DNA of 64,000 nucleotides, from NCBI GenBank assembly GCA_951406725.2, contig OX597825.1, positions 83,204,001 through 83,268,000 on the forward strand. The letters are read 5' to 3'. The translations under genes and the position numbers were made by a program. The notes beneath the pieces are model-generated. The model made no database searches. It was not told the DNA's origin and saw only the letters and a list, made by a program, of their open reading frames with translations. Positions 12,501-26,578 of this stretch are shown here, in pieces. The DNA comes from Octopus vulgaris. Taxonomy: Eukaryota. Within the stretch, counting starts at the first letter, position 1, and each line of letters starts with the position of its first letter.

Positions 12501-13165
12501 ATTAAGCAAAAGCCCTTCAAAAAACCTTCCTGCTTGTGCCTACTCAAACTAAGACCAGGATTTCAAAAATGTGTAACTAAATTGGCAAATCGAATTATGA
12601 ATAGAATATTATTTAATTTTCTTTGAAATGTCCAAACAATGCATTTTCATATTTTATAATTGCAAATGTATATCACGAAGCGCAATATTTGCCTGGTTTT
12701 GCGTAGCAATATTTTGACATTCACCAAACAATAATATCAATGTTTTGTTCACTTCTTTCTCCTAAATCTCCCACGTCCTTCGCTGGTCGTCAGCTTACAA
12801 TGGGGTTTGATATCAGTGTCGATATATCTGTACAACAGAAAAAGTGTTATTAAATGCATATATCAAAAGCTATATCAAATGTGTAAATGAAAATCATGGT
12901 GATAGGAACACTTAACAATAAATATTATATTCCAGATATTTCATTTCTACAATTTTAGCTTCTGTCCTTCAGCCGGCTTCATGCTCACTAAAAATATATT
13001 TACCGAAAGCAAACACAATTTCACAAAGGGAGAAAACTCTCATATTTAAGATATCGAGCAAAAGTATTTTCTTCAAAAATTCTTTTGCAGTAAGGAGAGG
13101 TTCTATGGCTAAGGCTGATGAAATCAGATCATGCCAGAGGGGTGACAATTCTTAAATTTTGATTC

Positions 13166-13283
13166 GTTCCGGGTTCAGTCCCACTGCGTGGTACCTTGGA
13201 GAAGTGTCTTCTACTATAGCCTAGGGCCGACCAAAGCCTTATGAGTGGATTTGGTAGACGGAAACTGAAAGAAGCCCGTCGTA

Positions 13284-13356
<73 letters not shown>

Positions 13357-13578
13357 GTGTGTGTGTGTGTGTGTGTGTGCGTGTGTGTGTGTGTGTGTGT
13401 GTCTGGTAACCGATGCTGGTGTGTTTACATCCCCGTAACTTAGCGGGTCGGCAAAACAGACCGATAGAATAAGTACTAGGCTTACAAAGAATAAGTCCTG
13501 AGATCGATTTGCTCTACGAAAGGCAGTGATCCAGCATGGCCACAGTCAAATGTCTGAAACAAGTAAAAGGGTAAAAGA
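13166..13578 (+). mobile_element. SINE family C, 5'-truncated
   Basis: GGTTCAGTCCC B-box region, CORE-like domain, expanded (TA)n(TG)n, CCAGCATGGCC...AAGTAAAAG tail. Confidence 0.9.
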
Positions 13579-14219
13579 TTATTTAACATTTTATCAATGC
13601 AAAATATGAGAGATTGGAAAAAAAACATGCGGAGAAATTGTTTTTTCTCTTTGAAGAGATTTGCCAATTGTTTCTGATTTAGTAATAGAGCCATCAATTT
13701 TAAAGGAGGGCCAATACCATTGATCTAAGTAGCTATTTCCCCATTTTACCGATCCCAGAGTGTTAAAAAAGGCGAATTGAAACCAAAACATAAATATTCA
13801 GAAGAAATATCGCAGGGCACCATATTCCGAAGTTGTAACGATTCTGCCAAATTGCAGCATTGAAGGCTTCTAATAAGTTTTTTAGAACTTATCATTATTA
13901 TTATTAGAACATGAGGAAGATGACACATGAGGAAGATTACACAGATAAGACACTTGAGAAAATGAAATACTTGACCATGGACACTTAAACTATTGGACTG
14001 AATTAAATCGTGAAAACCGGACAGGTAAAAAACTGGACAGAAGTACTAAACACTGAATGTAATTAAAAACTCTATATAGAAGACTTGGCCTGTTTGGCGA
14101 GAAGACTGAGACTTCTAGAATGTGAAAACTGGACAAGATGAACACTAGTCTAAATTCTTTAGTTCTTCTCTTTCTATATTGACAAAGGAAATTTCTGTAG
14201 AGTGATGAAATATAAAATG

Positions 14220-14346
14220 TACATTATTTACATTATTTACATTTGACGGATATTTCTCCTCATTTTGTTTGTTGTTACAACAACGTTTCGGGTGATATAC
14301 CCTCCAGCCTTGGGGATTTTCGAACCTGGCTTCTAATTCCAGATTC

Positions 14347-14380
<34 letters not shown>

Positions 14381-14382
14381 TA

Positions 14383-14431
<49 letters not shown>

Positions 14432-14606
14432 CATCGAAAAATACCGTGGGAATGAGACGCCAGGTTCGAAATTTCCCCAATATATCTGATGATAGCTGGA
14501 GAGTATATCATCCGAAACATTGTGATAACAACAAACAAGATGAGGACAAATATCCGTCAAATATAAATAATGTACATAATCCCTCATCTCTTAAATATAG
14601 AACTGT
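14220..14606. mobile_element. Palindromic Penelope-derived short element with hammerhead-like motif
   Basis: 14217-14340 is the inverse of 14448-14577 around an (AAT)n spacer; CTGATGA...GAAAC at 14486-14518; 12-bp direct repeat AAATATAAAATG at 14208-14219 and 14607-14618. Confidence 0.8.
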
Positions 14607-14936
14607 AAATATAAAATGAATTTATTTTATAATTCGCTCTCTATTTTCCAGCACATATCAGTCCTTTTATTGACGCGCCTTTACGACAGAGCCAACAAGA
14701 AAGTTGCCACCGTTTTGATTATCTCATTAAACAAATTCGTGGCTCTTTCTATGACATATGTGAACTCAGAGTTTAATAGATAGAAATGGGTTAATGGGCT
14801 AATAGAAATGGCAACGAAGTATCAGTCAAATTATGTTCCAGCCTCAAGACCAACACAAACACGAGTTAACAGAAAAGTTCCACTTGCTAGTATTTGCAGC
14901 CAAATTTCTTATTCATTTCTTAAAAAGTAGAATCGA

Positions 14937-15040
14937 ACGCCTAGGTGAGTATGACACCTGAGTGAGTGTAATGGCTGAGTGAGTATAACGCCCAGGGTGA
15001 GCACGAAACGTAGAATCGTCATACCTGGGTGAGTATACCT
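14937..15040 (+). repeat. Degenerate ~17-bp minisatellite
   Basis: About five units resembling CGCCTGGGTGAGTATGA. Confidence 0.6.
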
Positions 15041-15765
15041 TGATAGCATTCAGTATGTTTTTAATACATTTTTTGATACTTATATTTTCGCAAACAACTG
15101 CGTTCCCCTACCGTTTTCGCTGAGCAATATCCGGGATGTGACATTTGTATGAAAGGAAGAATGCAATTTCAAATATCTTGAGATGACCTCTAGGATATCA
15201 ATTTCCGAAATGTAATATTTACATGTTTGAAATGACATGAATTTACTGGATCGGATATTTAAAATATTTTATCCAGCTGGGAGCAAATCCACCAGATTTA
15301 AAAAGCAGATGTATCCTCGCCGCAACTATTCCTAATCTGGAATAATCGAAATTAACGCAAAACCATATGATACGAAGCGTACTGCTTTTGAAATAGGGAT
15401 ACATTAGAGAGATCCCTTTGGGCTTATGAACTGGGGGAGATCTGGCTGCTATTTAAAGCAGATCATATAGTTGTTTACAAGTTGGTAATAAAGTAAATTG
15501 AATGTCCACAGAGTAGTATTCCAGAAAAAGATGGCGTAAACGAAAATGGAGTCAATATTTTTTAGCTTTATAGTATTAACAATTATTCGCGTATCTTTCT
15601 GATAAAGAGCCAACTCACCCACGCACAATATAGTTACGAAATATTTGTTCTCTGTACAAAAACTACAAAGCACCAACACACGCAAAACACACATAGAACT
15701 GTATAATAAACATATAAACATATATGTGTATATGTGTGTAGCTGTGTGTCTGCATATATAGATAT

Positions 15766-15864
<99 letters not shown>

Positions 15865-15898
15865 CATACATACATACATACATACATACATACATACA

Positions 15899-15930
<32 letters not shown>

Positions 15931-16468
15931 CATACGTATGTCTATTTGACATTATGACTGTTCAACAAAGCAGCTGACGCCTACACATTTCCATTGATTT
16001 AAATAGAATATAATAACAATTTTGCTTTTATTTGCCGAAGTTAAAGGCTGATCGACTAATGTAATGGAAATCACCTTAGATTCTCTCTCATCTGTATTGT
16101 ATTAGCCTACGTGAATGCTTGTGTTATTTCTTAACGTAAATATAGCTTATAGATTGATCAGAGCTATTACATAAGCAATAAACGATTCATAGCTGTATCA
16201 CTTGTTTTATTAATTTTTGTCATGCTTACAGTAGAAATTACTGGGCACCGTATTGTACATGAGAGCTTACTCTATAGTACACAGAATGTTTGTGTGTGCA
16301 TGTATATGTATATATGTCTATATATAGGCGTGTGTGTACGTGTGTGTGTATGTGGTTATACGTTCCTGGTGCCACATATGAATGCAAACATATTTACCTG
16401 TATAAATTTATGGAATTATGGAATATGTTCCGAACTATATATGAATATAGGTGAATCGTATATATCAA

Positions 16469-16529
<61 letters not shown>

Positions 16530-16555
16530 GTTCATATTATACTTATGTATATACG

Positions 16556-16593
<38 letters not shown>

Positions 16594-16758
16594 TCAGTAA
16601 ATGGTGGGGTTGTGTTGTTATCATATATATATATGTATATATATATATATTCATATTATACGTATGTATATATGTAGTTATATGTATATATGTTCGTGTG
16701 TGTGTATCTATGTATTTATATGTATATACATATATATATATATGTATGTATTTATATG

Positions 16759-16810
<52 letters not shown>

Positions 16811-17449
16811 CGTATGTATCCACCTATTATAAAGCTTAATGATATATAAATGATGACATAATTAGCTAACGCCTTGATTAGGAAATTATTGCAAGGAATG
16901 TCACTAAATGCATAAAGATGATTTACCTCGAAATTAACAGTATACACATACGCACACATACATACACGCATACACACATGCATGTCTGTCTGTCTGTATG
17001 TATGTATGTATACAGGTATGCAAGCATCGTCTGCAGGTGTTGAGGAGATGACAGATATTATTCCGATTTAATATCGCAGAATATTACATAATCATAGCCT
17101 GTATTGATTCCACTATTGTCAATGATATCTCTGTTATTAAAACGATCGTAACCGGATAATGTATTTGATAGCAAATGATTTCATTAGTTTATTCCTTTCA
17201 GATATACACATATATATGTATATATCAATGTGTATTATATAGGATACGCTTTCAGAAAATCATGCGACTGTTACTGTAAACTCCTCGTACGGACTCGGTA
17301 ATCAATTCACGCAGGAATTAATTCTGAAAGTAAGGAAATGTGAAATGTTCATGTAATTGAAAATCCGGAAAATCCGTGAGATAAAATTATTTTGTGAAGA
17401 GTATATCAAAATAACATCTTAGGATACGTGATATATATATATATATATA

Positions 17450-17493
<44 letters not shown>

Positions 17494-17504
17494 GAGAAAG
17501 AGAG

Positions 17505-17677
17505 GGTTTACGAAAAAACAAAAGACGAAGATAGGTAGTGTACAAAACAAACAGATGTATTAGTATAACGCTCATGAATAGTAAAAGTCTTTTACGTTTC
17601 GAGCCTACGCTCTTCTACAGAACGGGACAGAAAAAACAAGGAGAGAAAAAAATGTGTGAAGTGGCTAACGATCTATC

Positions 17678-17678
<1 letters not shown>
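17505..17678 (-). mobile_element. Short Penelope-derived element, family P2
   Basis: Minus strand CTGTAGAAGAGCGTAGGCTCGAAACGTAAAAGA; homologous to 40512-40705 and 63452-63690. Confidence 0.8.
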
Positions 17679-17775
<97 letters not shown>

Positions 17776-18406
17776 GTATATATATACTGTACTGTTCCGT
17801 GATGGTAAGATCAACAACAAAAGTGCTCCATCTGGGGAGAGATAAATATTATTTGATAAAGATAAAAACATGAAAACATATATTGTGTTTATTATATATG
17901 TATTCGTGTGGTTTCCATAGGGTTACGGCTGTTTCGATAGTTCCTTTGTGTATTATTATTTTCAGTAAACAAGAAGTTACACGCACGTGTTTGCATTAGT
18001 ATGTTTATCCACTACTTTACAATACTGTTGTCTATTCACAAGTTGTAGTAATTAAAAACAAACTGGTTATCAGGTCAGAAAACATCGTCGTTACATCAAC
18101 ACTTCAACTCTAAATATACACATGAAATCTGCGCAATATAATACACAAAGTATGGAAGGCTGAGCGTGGACGAAATTACATTGATTTTGTCAGGAAAGTG
18201 TAAACGTTTGAGTATAGTTTAAAAACAAAACATTTCTTCACATATCAACACACATTAATTAAGATAACGTGGTCAACAGAAATTAAGGGATTCATCATGA
18301 TTTATTTAAACTAATAGCGAAAAATAAACAAGAGATAAAAAATATAAAACACAGATCGAGTAAAAATTGAATAACGTAAAAATATATAAAAATATAAGCA
18401 CCACAT

Positions 18407-18585
18407 AAATACAGAGGTCCCGATGCATCTACGTAATGATATGAAGCGGACGGTTAGTATTAGGGTTACCTTTTAGGGTTAGGGTTAGGGCTAGGGTGTC
18501 ATTACACGCCTACACAGCATACATTTAAAACGATTTGTACGTAACACCTATATTTAAGTAGTACCTTTAAGGGACCTCTATATTT
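18407..18585. mobile_element. MITE containing telomeric-type repeats
   Basis: 15-bp inverted repeat with one mismatch (AAATACAGAGGTCCC / GGGACCTCTATATTT); internal TTAGGG run at 18460-18496. Confidence 0.65.
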
Positions 18586-18867
18586 CAGCAGTACCAGTTT
18601 CACTTCAACATCAAAATTTCATTTGTGTCAAAATATTTTCGTCGCTTTGAAACCGTGACCTGTTCACTTACAAAACGTCACAAAAGTGATGCAGCACGAA
18701 GTTTTGTCAGTGAGCACACATATACACGCATACACAAACACATACACGCACACACACACATTCATTACCTTTCATTTGTGTATATATGTGTGTGCGCGAG
18801 AGTGTATTGTGGTGTGTGTGCGTATGTCACTGTTGAAGTTGCTCGTGCAACTTGTTTGCGTATATAT

Positions 18868-19285
18868 ATATTTCTTTACTACCCACAAGGGGCTAAACAT
18901 AGATGGCACAAACAAGGACAGACAAAAGGATTAAGTTGATTACATCAACCCCAGTGCGAAACTTGTACTTTATTTATCGACCCCGAAAGGATGAAAGGCA
19001 AAGTCGACCTCGGCGGAATTTGAACTCAGAACGTAACGACAGACGAAATACCTATTTCTTTATTACGCACAAGGGGCTAAACACAGAGGGGACAAACAAG
19101 GACAGACATAGGTATTAAGTCGATTACATCGACCCCAGTGCATAACTGGTACTTGATTTATCGACCCCGAAAGGATGAAAGGCAAAGTCGACCTCGGCGG
19201 AATTTGAACTCGGAACGTAACGACAGACGAAATACGGCTACGAATTTCGCCCGGCGTGCTAACGATTCTGCCAGGTCGCCGCCTT
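18868..19285 (-). mobile_element. SINE family B, dimeric form
   Basis: Full monomer 19053-19285 plus head-truncated monomer 18868-19052; imperfect 16-bp TSD at 18852-18867 and 19286-19301. Confidence 0.92.
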
Positions 19286-19827
19286 TTGTTTATGTATATA
19301 TTGGTTTAGTGGTATAGAATGTTTGGAAGCTGTAAAAAAGTTGCAAGCTTCGAGTACTTGACGGTAACTGCTTGTTTTCCCCGTTTTCTAATAATAATTA
19401 CCCAACTTTCTAGGCTCCTCTTACAGCTATCACGCGTTCAAAGATTATGCGGGAATTTTAAATAATTTTCATTGAGTAAATAATGATTTTACATAACCTA
19501 TACATTAATAAGATAAACTATCGGTTTTCCAAATAGCAAATTAAAACTTAAATGAGAAAGTGAATGCAATAAATATTTAAATCTGTGAAGAATTGGACGG
19601 AGTGAATGCAATGAATATTTAAATTTGCGAGCAATTGGAGTTTAAAAAATTCCATAAACTTCAAAAATCGAAATTCTAGGAATTTTCTCAGAACATGAAT
19701 TTATAAGAATATTTCCAAACGGTTAACCCTTTAATGATTGATTTCATTACGTAGTTTTAGTAATTGTTGCATCCTTAATTAATAAGCAGCTTTCTCCATC
19801 ATAGTATAGATTATTATTATTATTATT

Positions 19828-20252
19828 GAGTGAGAGAGCAGTTCATGCCATCAAGGTGACACTGGGGTAAAATATACGAAGCCCAATATACCCATCATGA
19901 CTACCCGTCTGATAAAGGTACACCAGGCACATGCATCACAACCATATGTGCGCGACATGGTGATCTCATATCAAGATAAACAGCACATGACCTTGCAGGT
20001 GGGGCCCAGTTAGAATTTTCTTCAGGTTGAGTAACCCATCCCGCTCAAACGGTCTCTGAATAAGGGTTGTTTAAGGATGTTGAAAGAACCAGCCCATGTC
20101 TCCAGAGGCGAACTATTCAAACCCCAAAGAATCCCTCTCAACACATGGCTATGATGCTCCCCCACTACCTCTGCTCGTGATCAGAGATGCACATATCGTC
20201 AGCCACTAAGGGACATGCTCAACTGGTTAAGGTCAAACAACTGACAAGCAAA
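19828..20252 (-). mobile_element. Probable non-LTR retroelement 3' segment inserted in a (TAA)n tract
   Basis: More GC-rich block bounded on both sides by (TTA)n; no coding motif, so family assignment (R4/Dong-like) rests on context only. Confidence 0.45.
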
Positions 20253-20266
20253 TTATTATTATTGTC

Positions 20267-20329
<63 letters not shown>

Positions 20330-20363
20330 TTTATTGTTGTTGTTGTTGTTGTTATTATTATTA

Positions 20364-20415
<52 letters not shown>

Positions 20416-20458
20416 CATCATCATCATCATCATCATCCTCATCATCATCATCATATAA

Positions 20459-20823
20459 CTGTGTGGTAAGTAGCTTGCTAACCAACCACATGATTCCGGG
20501 TTCAGTCCCACTGCGTGGCATCTTGGGCAAGTGTCTTCTGCTATAGCCTCGGGCCGACCAATGCCTTGTGAGTGGATTTGGTTGACGGAAACTGAATGAA
20601 GCCTGTCGTATATATGTATATATATATTTGTGTGTGGGGGAGGATTGTGTGTCTGTGTTTGTTCCCCCAGCATTGCTTGACAACTGATGCTGGCAAAAGA
20701 GACCGATAGAATAAGTACTGGGCTTACAAAGAATAAGTCCCGGGGTCGATTTGATCGACTAAAGGCGGTGCTCCAGCATGGCCGCAGTCAAATGACTGAA
20801 ACAAGTAAAAGAGTAAAAGAGTA
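20459..20823 (+). mobile_element. SINE family C
   Basis: CTGTGTGGTAAGTAGCTTGC head, CORE-like TTGGGCAAGTGTCTT, GAGTAAAA tail; internal deletion relative to other copies. Confidence 0.92.
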
Positions 20824-21749
20824 TATATATATGAACACATACATTCACGTAGGTGTATGAGTGTGGGAAAGCATGTGTGTTTATCTTTGCGTGTATTTCT
20901 TTCAAAGAAATACATGTAAATATGCACGTGTGTGTATGTGTCTATGTGTCTATGAACATGTGTATAAGGCTTCCTTCTGTATAGTTTCTCAATAATAAAA
21001 CATGAATCGGCCCAGAGTGATATTAGAAATAGTTAAAGATACTGACCCACACTGGAACTGAGTTCTAAACCAATCGTTCGTTTCGTTACGAAGGGGAGAT
21101 ACGAACGACAATAAATAATATCACCGATATATATATATATATACATTGATTATTATACATACATATATACGTATACTAACAGTCAGAGCACGCACACATG
21201 CACAACACATGTATATATATATACGTATGTTCACAGCATATGCATGTGTGTTTACGTATGTTTTATTGATTTTATACACCCGTCTAAAGTTAGTAAACTA
21301 AATCTAATTGATAGCTCAAAGTAATTATCATTTAATGCATGTCATGAATTTAAAACAATACCTATACACACACACATGTATCTATACAGGCATTTATATG
21401 TATATATGTATACGTATATACATATATGCATGCATATATATATATACATGAACATGTATGTATGTATAAATGTTTTTGTGAGGATATATGTACATACATA
21501 TCTGCATGTATGTATGTATGTATGTATACATGGATTTTTATGTGCGTTTGGATCCATGCTCATATTTTTACTTATATAGTTATATTGATATTATTTTGTG
21601 CTTAATTTACAATGTAGAACCCAATATTGTCATATTCATGATACAAAATAGATAGATTACTATACACTTTATGGAGATAATGCTGTTTCTCATTTATAGC
21701 ATAAATAAATATCATAACTCATGCGTATATATGGGTGTGTACGTATGTA

Positions 21750-21780
<31 letters not shown>

Positions 21781-21874
21781 ATATATATATATATTATATG
21801 TATATGTAGGTATAGATACGTATATGTAGTATATATATACATTTATATGTATATATATATATATATACATACGT

Positions 21875-21981
<107 letters not shown>

Positions 21982-22004
21982 ACTTATATTGAATATGTAA
22001 ACAT

Positions 22005-22215
22005 TCAATATGTGACCGCGTGTGTATCGTTGCCGATTTTCTTTCTCCATCTTCCATTCAATGGACTTTTTCTATATTTCTGACGAAGAGATCCGCTCGA
22101 AAGGTGCAATCCAGTTTCTTTTCTTTCCTTTCCAGAGCGTCCAATAACACCGAGCTTATTCCACGTCCTCGCGTTGTTGTTTTTTCTTACATGTTCATGT
22201 TTGGATTAACTATAC
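22005..22215 (+). mobile_element. Short Penelope-derived element, family P1
   Basis: Homologous to 59905-60120; CTGACGA-A-GAG-ATCCG-CTC-GAAA at 22080-22102; abuts (TA)n. Confidence 0.75.
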
Positions 22216-22593
22216 ATATATTCGTAGCCCCTTCAACATGTCTGTTCCGGTCGAACGGACTTTACTGCCATTTTGTAATCTCAAGAGGACATCCCCTGAA
22301 GCTGATTAACGATAAACAGCTGCATCCGAGATATTGCGAGCAGGGGATCGAACCCCTACCAACGTCAAGCGACGGAACCAGCAGGACAGCCTGGTTTACG
22401 GCCATTTCTGCCTCTCTACGGTACTTGACACCTCATCTGCTAGAGACGACCTTAGCTTGTTTCTGCTCGCAATATTCATAAAGTCAACCGACTCACACTC
22501 GCTGATCTTGCAACAAGCGCAAAAAATAAGTAGTCTTAAAATCCTAAAATTTGTTTAGAGAGAATTTAGAACCAGATGTTTTTGTTTTTTGCT

Positions 22594-22634
<41 letters not shown>

Positions 22635-22744
22635 TTATTTGACAAATTCTAGAGAGGAACGAAAGCGCTAGTAATTATGAAGAAATAAAAGGATTTTTAT
22701 TTCTCCAAATCGTCAGAATTTCCAAACTTCTGACTTTTCTCTCA

Positions 22745-22797
<53 letters not shown>

Positions 22798-23819
22798 AAT
22801 ATACATATATACAATATAAATACATGCATACAAAGATACACACTCACACACACATATAAATATATTTATAAAAATTTGTACTTATACTTACACACACACA
22901 CACATATATATATGTGCGAGTGCGTAGCAACAACAACACCACCACCTTTATGAGAAGAAAACCACGTGAGTTACATATAAAGCGTAGGTGTGATGAAAGG
23001 CATTGTGACAAAATGGATCATACCATAAACTCAATACAAATTATTATGAATATTGTTGTTATTTACTAAGATCCATTATCGCTAGTACCTACCATGGCCA
23101 TCCCGCCTTCATAGATTCATCACCTTTATAACAATCCGTTAATGATTCGCCAATTGTAATGTTAAACTATAATAACTCGCTTCCATAAATTTCTCTTTAC
23201 TCTCTCATAAAACAACCTCCATGTGTTTGTTGTCTTTGAAATGTTTCTATCTTCGGGGTTATGTAGGCAAAACTTATCTAATGGCCTTTATTTTACACAG
23301 CAGAGTTTCATGTGAGAGTAATTTTACTGCTGTTGCTTCTATAGATTCGAGTTATCTATGCATGTTGATGAGAGTTGCAGGCCCGCTCTGAACATAATGA
23401 ATTTCCTTCATGCTTTTGTTGTATCATGTTATAGTGCGTTGGTAATTTGCTTTTAAATGTAACAATACATACTTCGGAACAAAATCGAATGAATTTAAAG
23501 AAATATTGTGCATAGAAATAGGTAAACAATTTTGATTGAAACTCGCTTCTGGTTCCGCTTATTTCTACCATACAAATTTGGTAATTTATAAGTGTTCCTA
23601 ATTATAAACCACTTCAATACTTCCATCTGAGTCAATCACCAGCTTAACAGTAAGAAAATTATTTCTATAAATTCTTCATTATTTCAACAATGACAGAAGC
23701 AAAACCAATGCAGTTTCACAGAAATTTGGTTAGAAAAGAATTACAATTTGTGATGCTTACTTCTGTGAAGTATTTCTACCCTTGTGGCAGATTGAGCGGA
23801 GTACCACAACCGAGCAAAA

Positions 23820-24270
23820 TCCTTGGTAGACATCAATGGAGTTTTTCTGCATTAGCCGCATTGTAGAGGCATCCGCCAACAGGTTCAATAAGAAACATGC
23901 CATATAATATTTTAACGAGAAAAATTGAAGCTTCTGCATCTGACATTACCTAAGTTGAACTAACCCGCGTGAAACAATATCGACGCCAGGGTGTTGAGGC
24001 TTTTCAGGCCCGTTAATTTTGGGGAATCTTTTCTCTAGATGCATTGTGAGCTACCAGAGTAACCACCCTAGCTTCTTTCATATTCAAAATTTTATCAGAA
24101 AAAGAGCTAATTACAAGAAATCGGAAATACATTCTCTAGTAAATTAATGACTTAGGAGAAAGTTATTGTGACTAATATTTATAGACATTGGATAGATATC
24201 GACGTGTCATTCTCCAGGAATTCTAATAGTGTTAGGGATATCAACTAGATAGCTGATGAATTTTCTTCAT
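23820..24270 (-). mobile_element. Possible CR1-like LINE 3' coding remnant
   Basis: QKLQFFSLK...LADASTM...IDVY resembles the CR1 ORF2 C-terminal FFSxR..WN.LP..V.A....FK..LD pattern; heavily decayed. Confidence 0.35.
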
Positions 24271-24626
24271 CGATGTACCAATCCTGTCATCTAACCTTTA
24301 TTTCACTTAAATTTATTTTTTCTGAGTTCACTCATTATCTATTTAGTCATGACCATTTTAGTTTATAGTCAACTACACGAAGTCCTGTTCTATTTGTCAA
24401 AACGTTTCAAAACCAAGAGAAAATCGAAAGAAAGAAATTGCAGCAAAAAGTAATTGATTTTATGTGGTCAGCGTAAATAATAAAGAATTTACTTTCCGGA
24501 ATATCATGCTTCGTCAAGTGAGAGGGGGACAATTACAGAGACAGGTTAATAGAAACTAGGGAGCGGGGATGACAGGAAATGCTAATTACCGAGCACAATT
24601 TCCGAATCACGCCGGATTTAAATATC

Positions 24627-24860
24627 TATTTGTTTTACTACCCACAAGGGGCTAAACGCAGAGAGGAGAAACAAGGACAGACTAACGGATTAAGTCGATT
24701 ATATCTACCCCAGTGCGTAACTGGTACTTATTTAATCGACTCCGAAAGGACGAAAGACAAAGTCGACCTTGGCGGAATTTGAACTGAGAACGTTGAGGCA
24801 GACGAAATACCGCTAAGCATTTCGCTCGGCGTGCTAACGATTCTGCCAGCTCGCCGCTTT
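24627..24860 (-). mobile_element. Complete SINE family B
   Basis: Perfect 16-bp TSD GCCGGATTTAAATATC at 24611-24626 and 24861-24876; A and B boxes on the minus strand. Confidence 0.95.
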
Positions 24861-26414
24861 GCCGGATTTAAATATCATTACATATTTTATAGAGAGTTCT
24901 TAAAGTTATCTATCTTACAATGTAAAATATAAAGTGTATTGATATTAGTTACAACAAATTCTCGAATATAAACTATGTTTACAGGTCAGGTGTAAATATG
25001 AATAAGATATTGTAATCAGTTTTAATATATTTGATTTAAAGACATAATTCATATCTTGATACAGATTTACCCCCGCCCCCATACAATCAACAATGGCAAC
25101 TGATATTAACATTTTAAATAATGATTGACAATGAACCAGTCAAGTAATTTCATGTTTTATAAAACATCTTAGATGTCAACAGATTTCTATTAGTAAACAA
25201 AGAAGATATTTATGCCAAAGTGAATGAGTTTAGAATTTAGCGAAAATATTTTACAGTTTGTATGGGAATCACATCTGTACCAACTTCATCACTGATGATT
25301 GTCTTTCGAAATGTAAGAAAAATATTCCGAGTGCTTTGAATACCTCTGTAAATGATATCCAGCCTATTATGTTATTGTTTAAAAACATGTAACCTTTGAG
25401 GGCTTTGGGGAAAAATTAGAGATCAAAATATTTTTTCAGCATGAGAAGGAAATGGCGGATAGATTGCCTTTATTTCATTGACGAAATTGTTTTGTCGTCT
25501 GAGGTCGAAGAGTTCCTAGAGAAAAGAATTACTGTCCAGGTTTTCGACAGTCCCCCGTAATTAAACAATATGCAGCTTTATTGAGATTTAAAATAGATTC
25601 GTGTTAGCGGAATGAGGCGACTGTTTGTTGACAGGAATTCCCACAAACTGTCATAGAGAAGGTGTCCTGAAGGAAATTAAACCAGGAATATTTGCATTCT
25701 TTCCACATTCATTTCTGAAAACGAAGATATCACTTTGAAGTGTATAATAATTTTTATACGAATTTTAATTATGATTGGCATGGGAGATTAAGTAAACGGA
25801 TTTCACATTAAAATTGAGAGACAGAAAAATACGTCCGCAAATGAGACGCATGAATATTTTATTTGTAAAAATATCTTAATTGTTTTCGAAGTTGGAATAG
25901 CATAAATTTTCCCTCCAAACTGACATGTTTAACTGTGTTATATAATTGCAGCATGCTCAATTAGCAAGACACGAAAATAAAAGATGCGGGTGAGATATTT
26001 TGACGATATCCAGTGTTTAAACTCTAGAGCTCGTAACGAAATAAAACGCTGTAATAATCGTTAAAAACCTCTCTAGATATAAATATCAAGAATATAGTAT
26101 TAACACATATACGCATACATACATACATACTTACAGGCATGCATGCATACGTACATGCATACACACATGCATACATACATATTCTTTTCGTCATACAATT
26201 TATAAACTTTCGAGATTACACGAAATAATTGTTTTTTGGACAGATAGCTCGAAGCACATAAAGCTGTAAGAGGATGTAAAAACTGAGGTGAAAGACCTTC
26301 CTACATTAAGAAAAAAAAAATCAAAACATGCTTCGAATTCTTCAACCGAAAAGGATTTTCAACTTAATATTTGCAAGCTATTATATATAGCTTTACCTGC
26401 TACGACATTCTATG

Positions 26415-26482
<68 letters not shown>

Positions 26483-26525
26483 TTATATATATATATAAAG
26501 TTCCTGGATTTACCAGAGGTGACCG

Positions 26526-26578
<53 letters not shown>

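Larger units (their letters stand above)
10600..14198. mobile_element. Putative DNA transposon bounded by ~260-270 bp inverted repeats
   Basis: 10600-10871 is the diverged reverse complement of 13943-14198 (ACAGAAATTTCCTTTGTCAATATAGAAAGAG...); arms contain TGTCCAGTTTT sub-repeats; no TSD seen. Confidence 0.7.

Noticed and set aside
14937-15040. CRISPR-like array
   Set aside because: Units are degenerate and nearly adjacent with no unique spacers, there are no cas genes, and the context is eukaryotic
18460-18496. True telomere or chromosome-fusion scar
   Set aside because: Only about five hexamers in one orientation, inside a TIR element
25270-25745. Transposase remnant
   Set aside because: Composition looks coding-derived, but I could not recover a diagnostic motif in any frame I read
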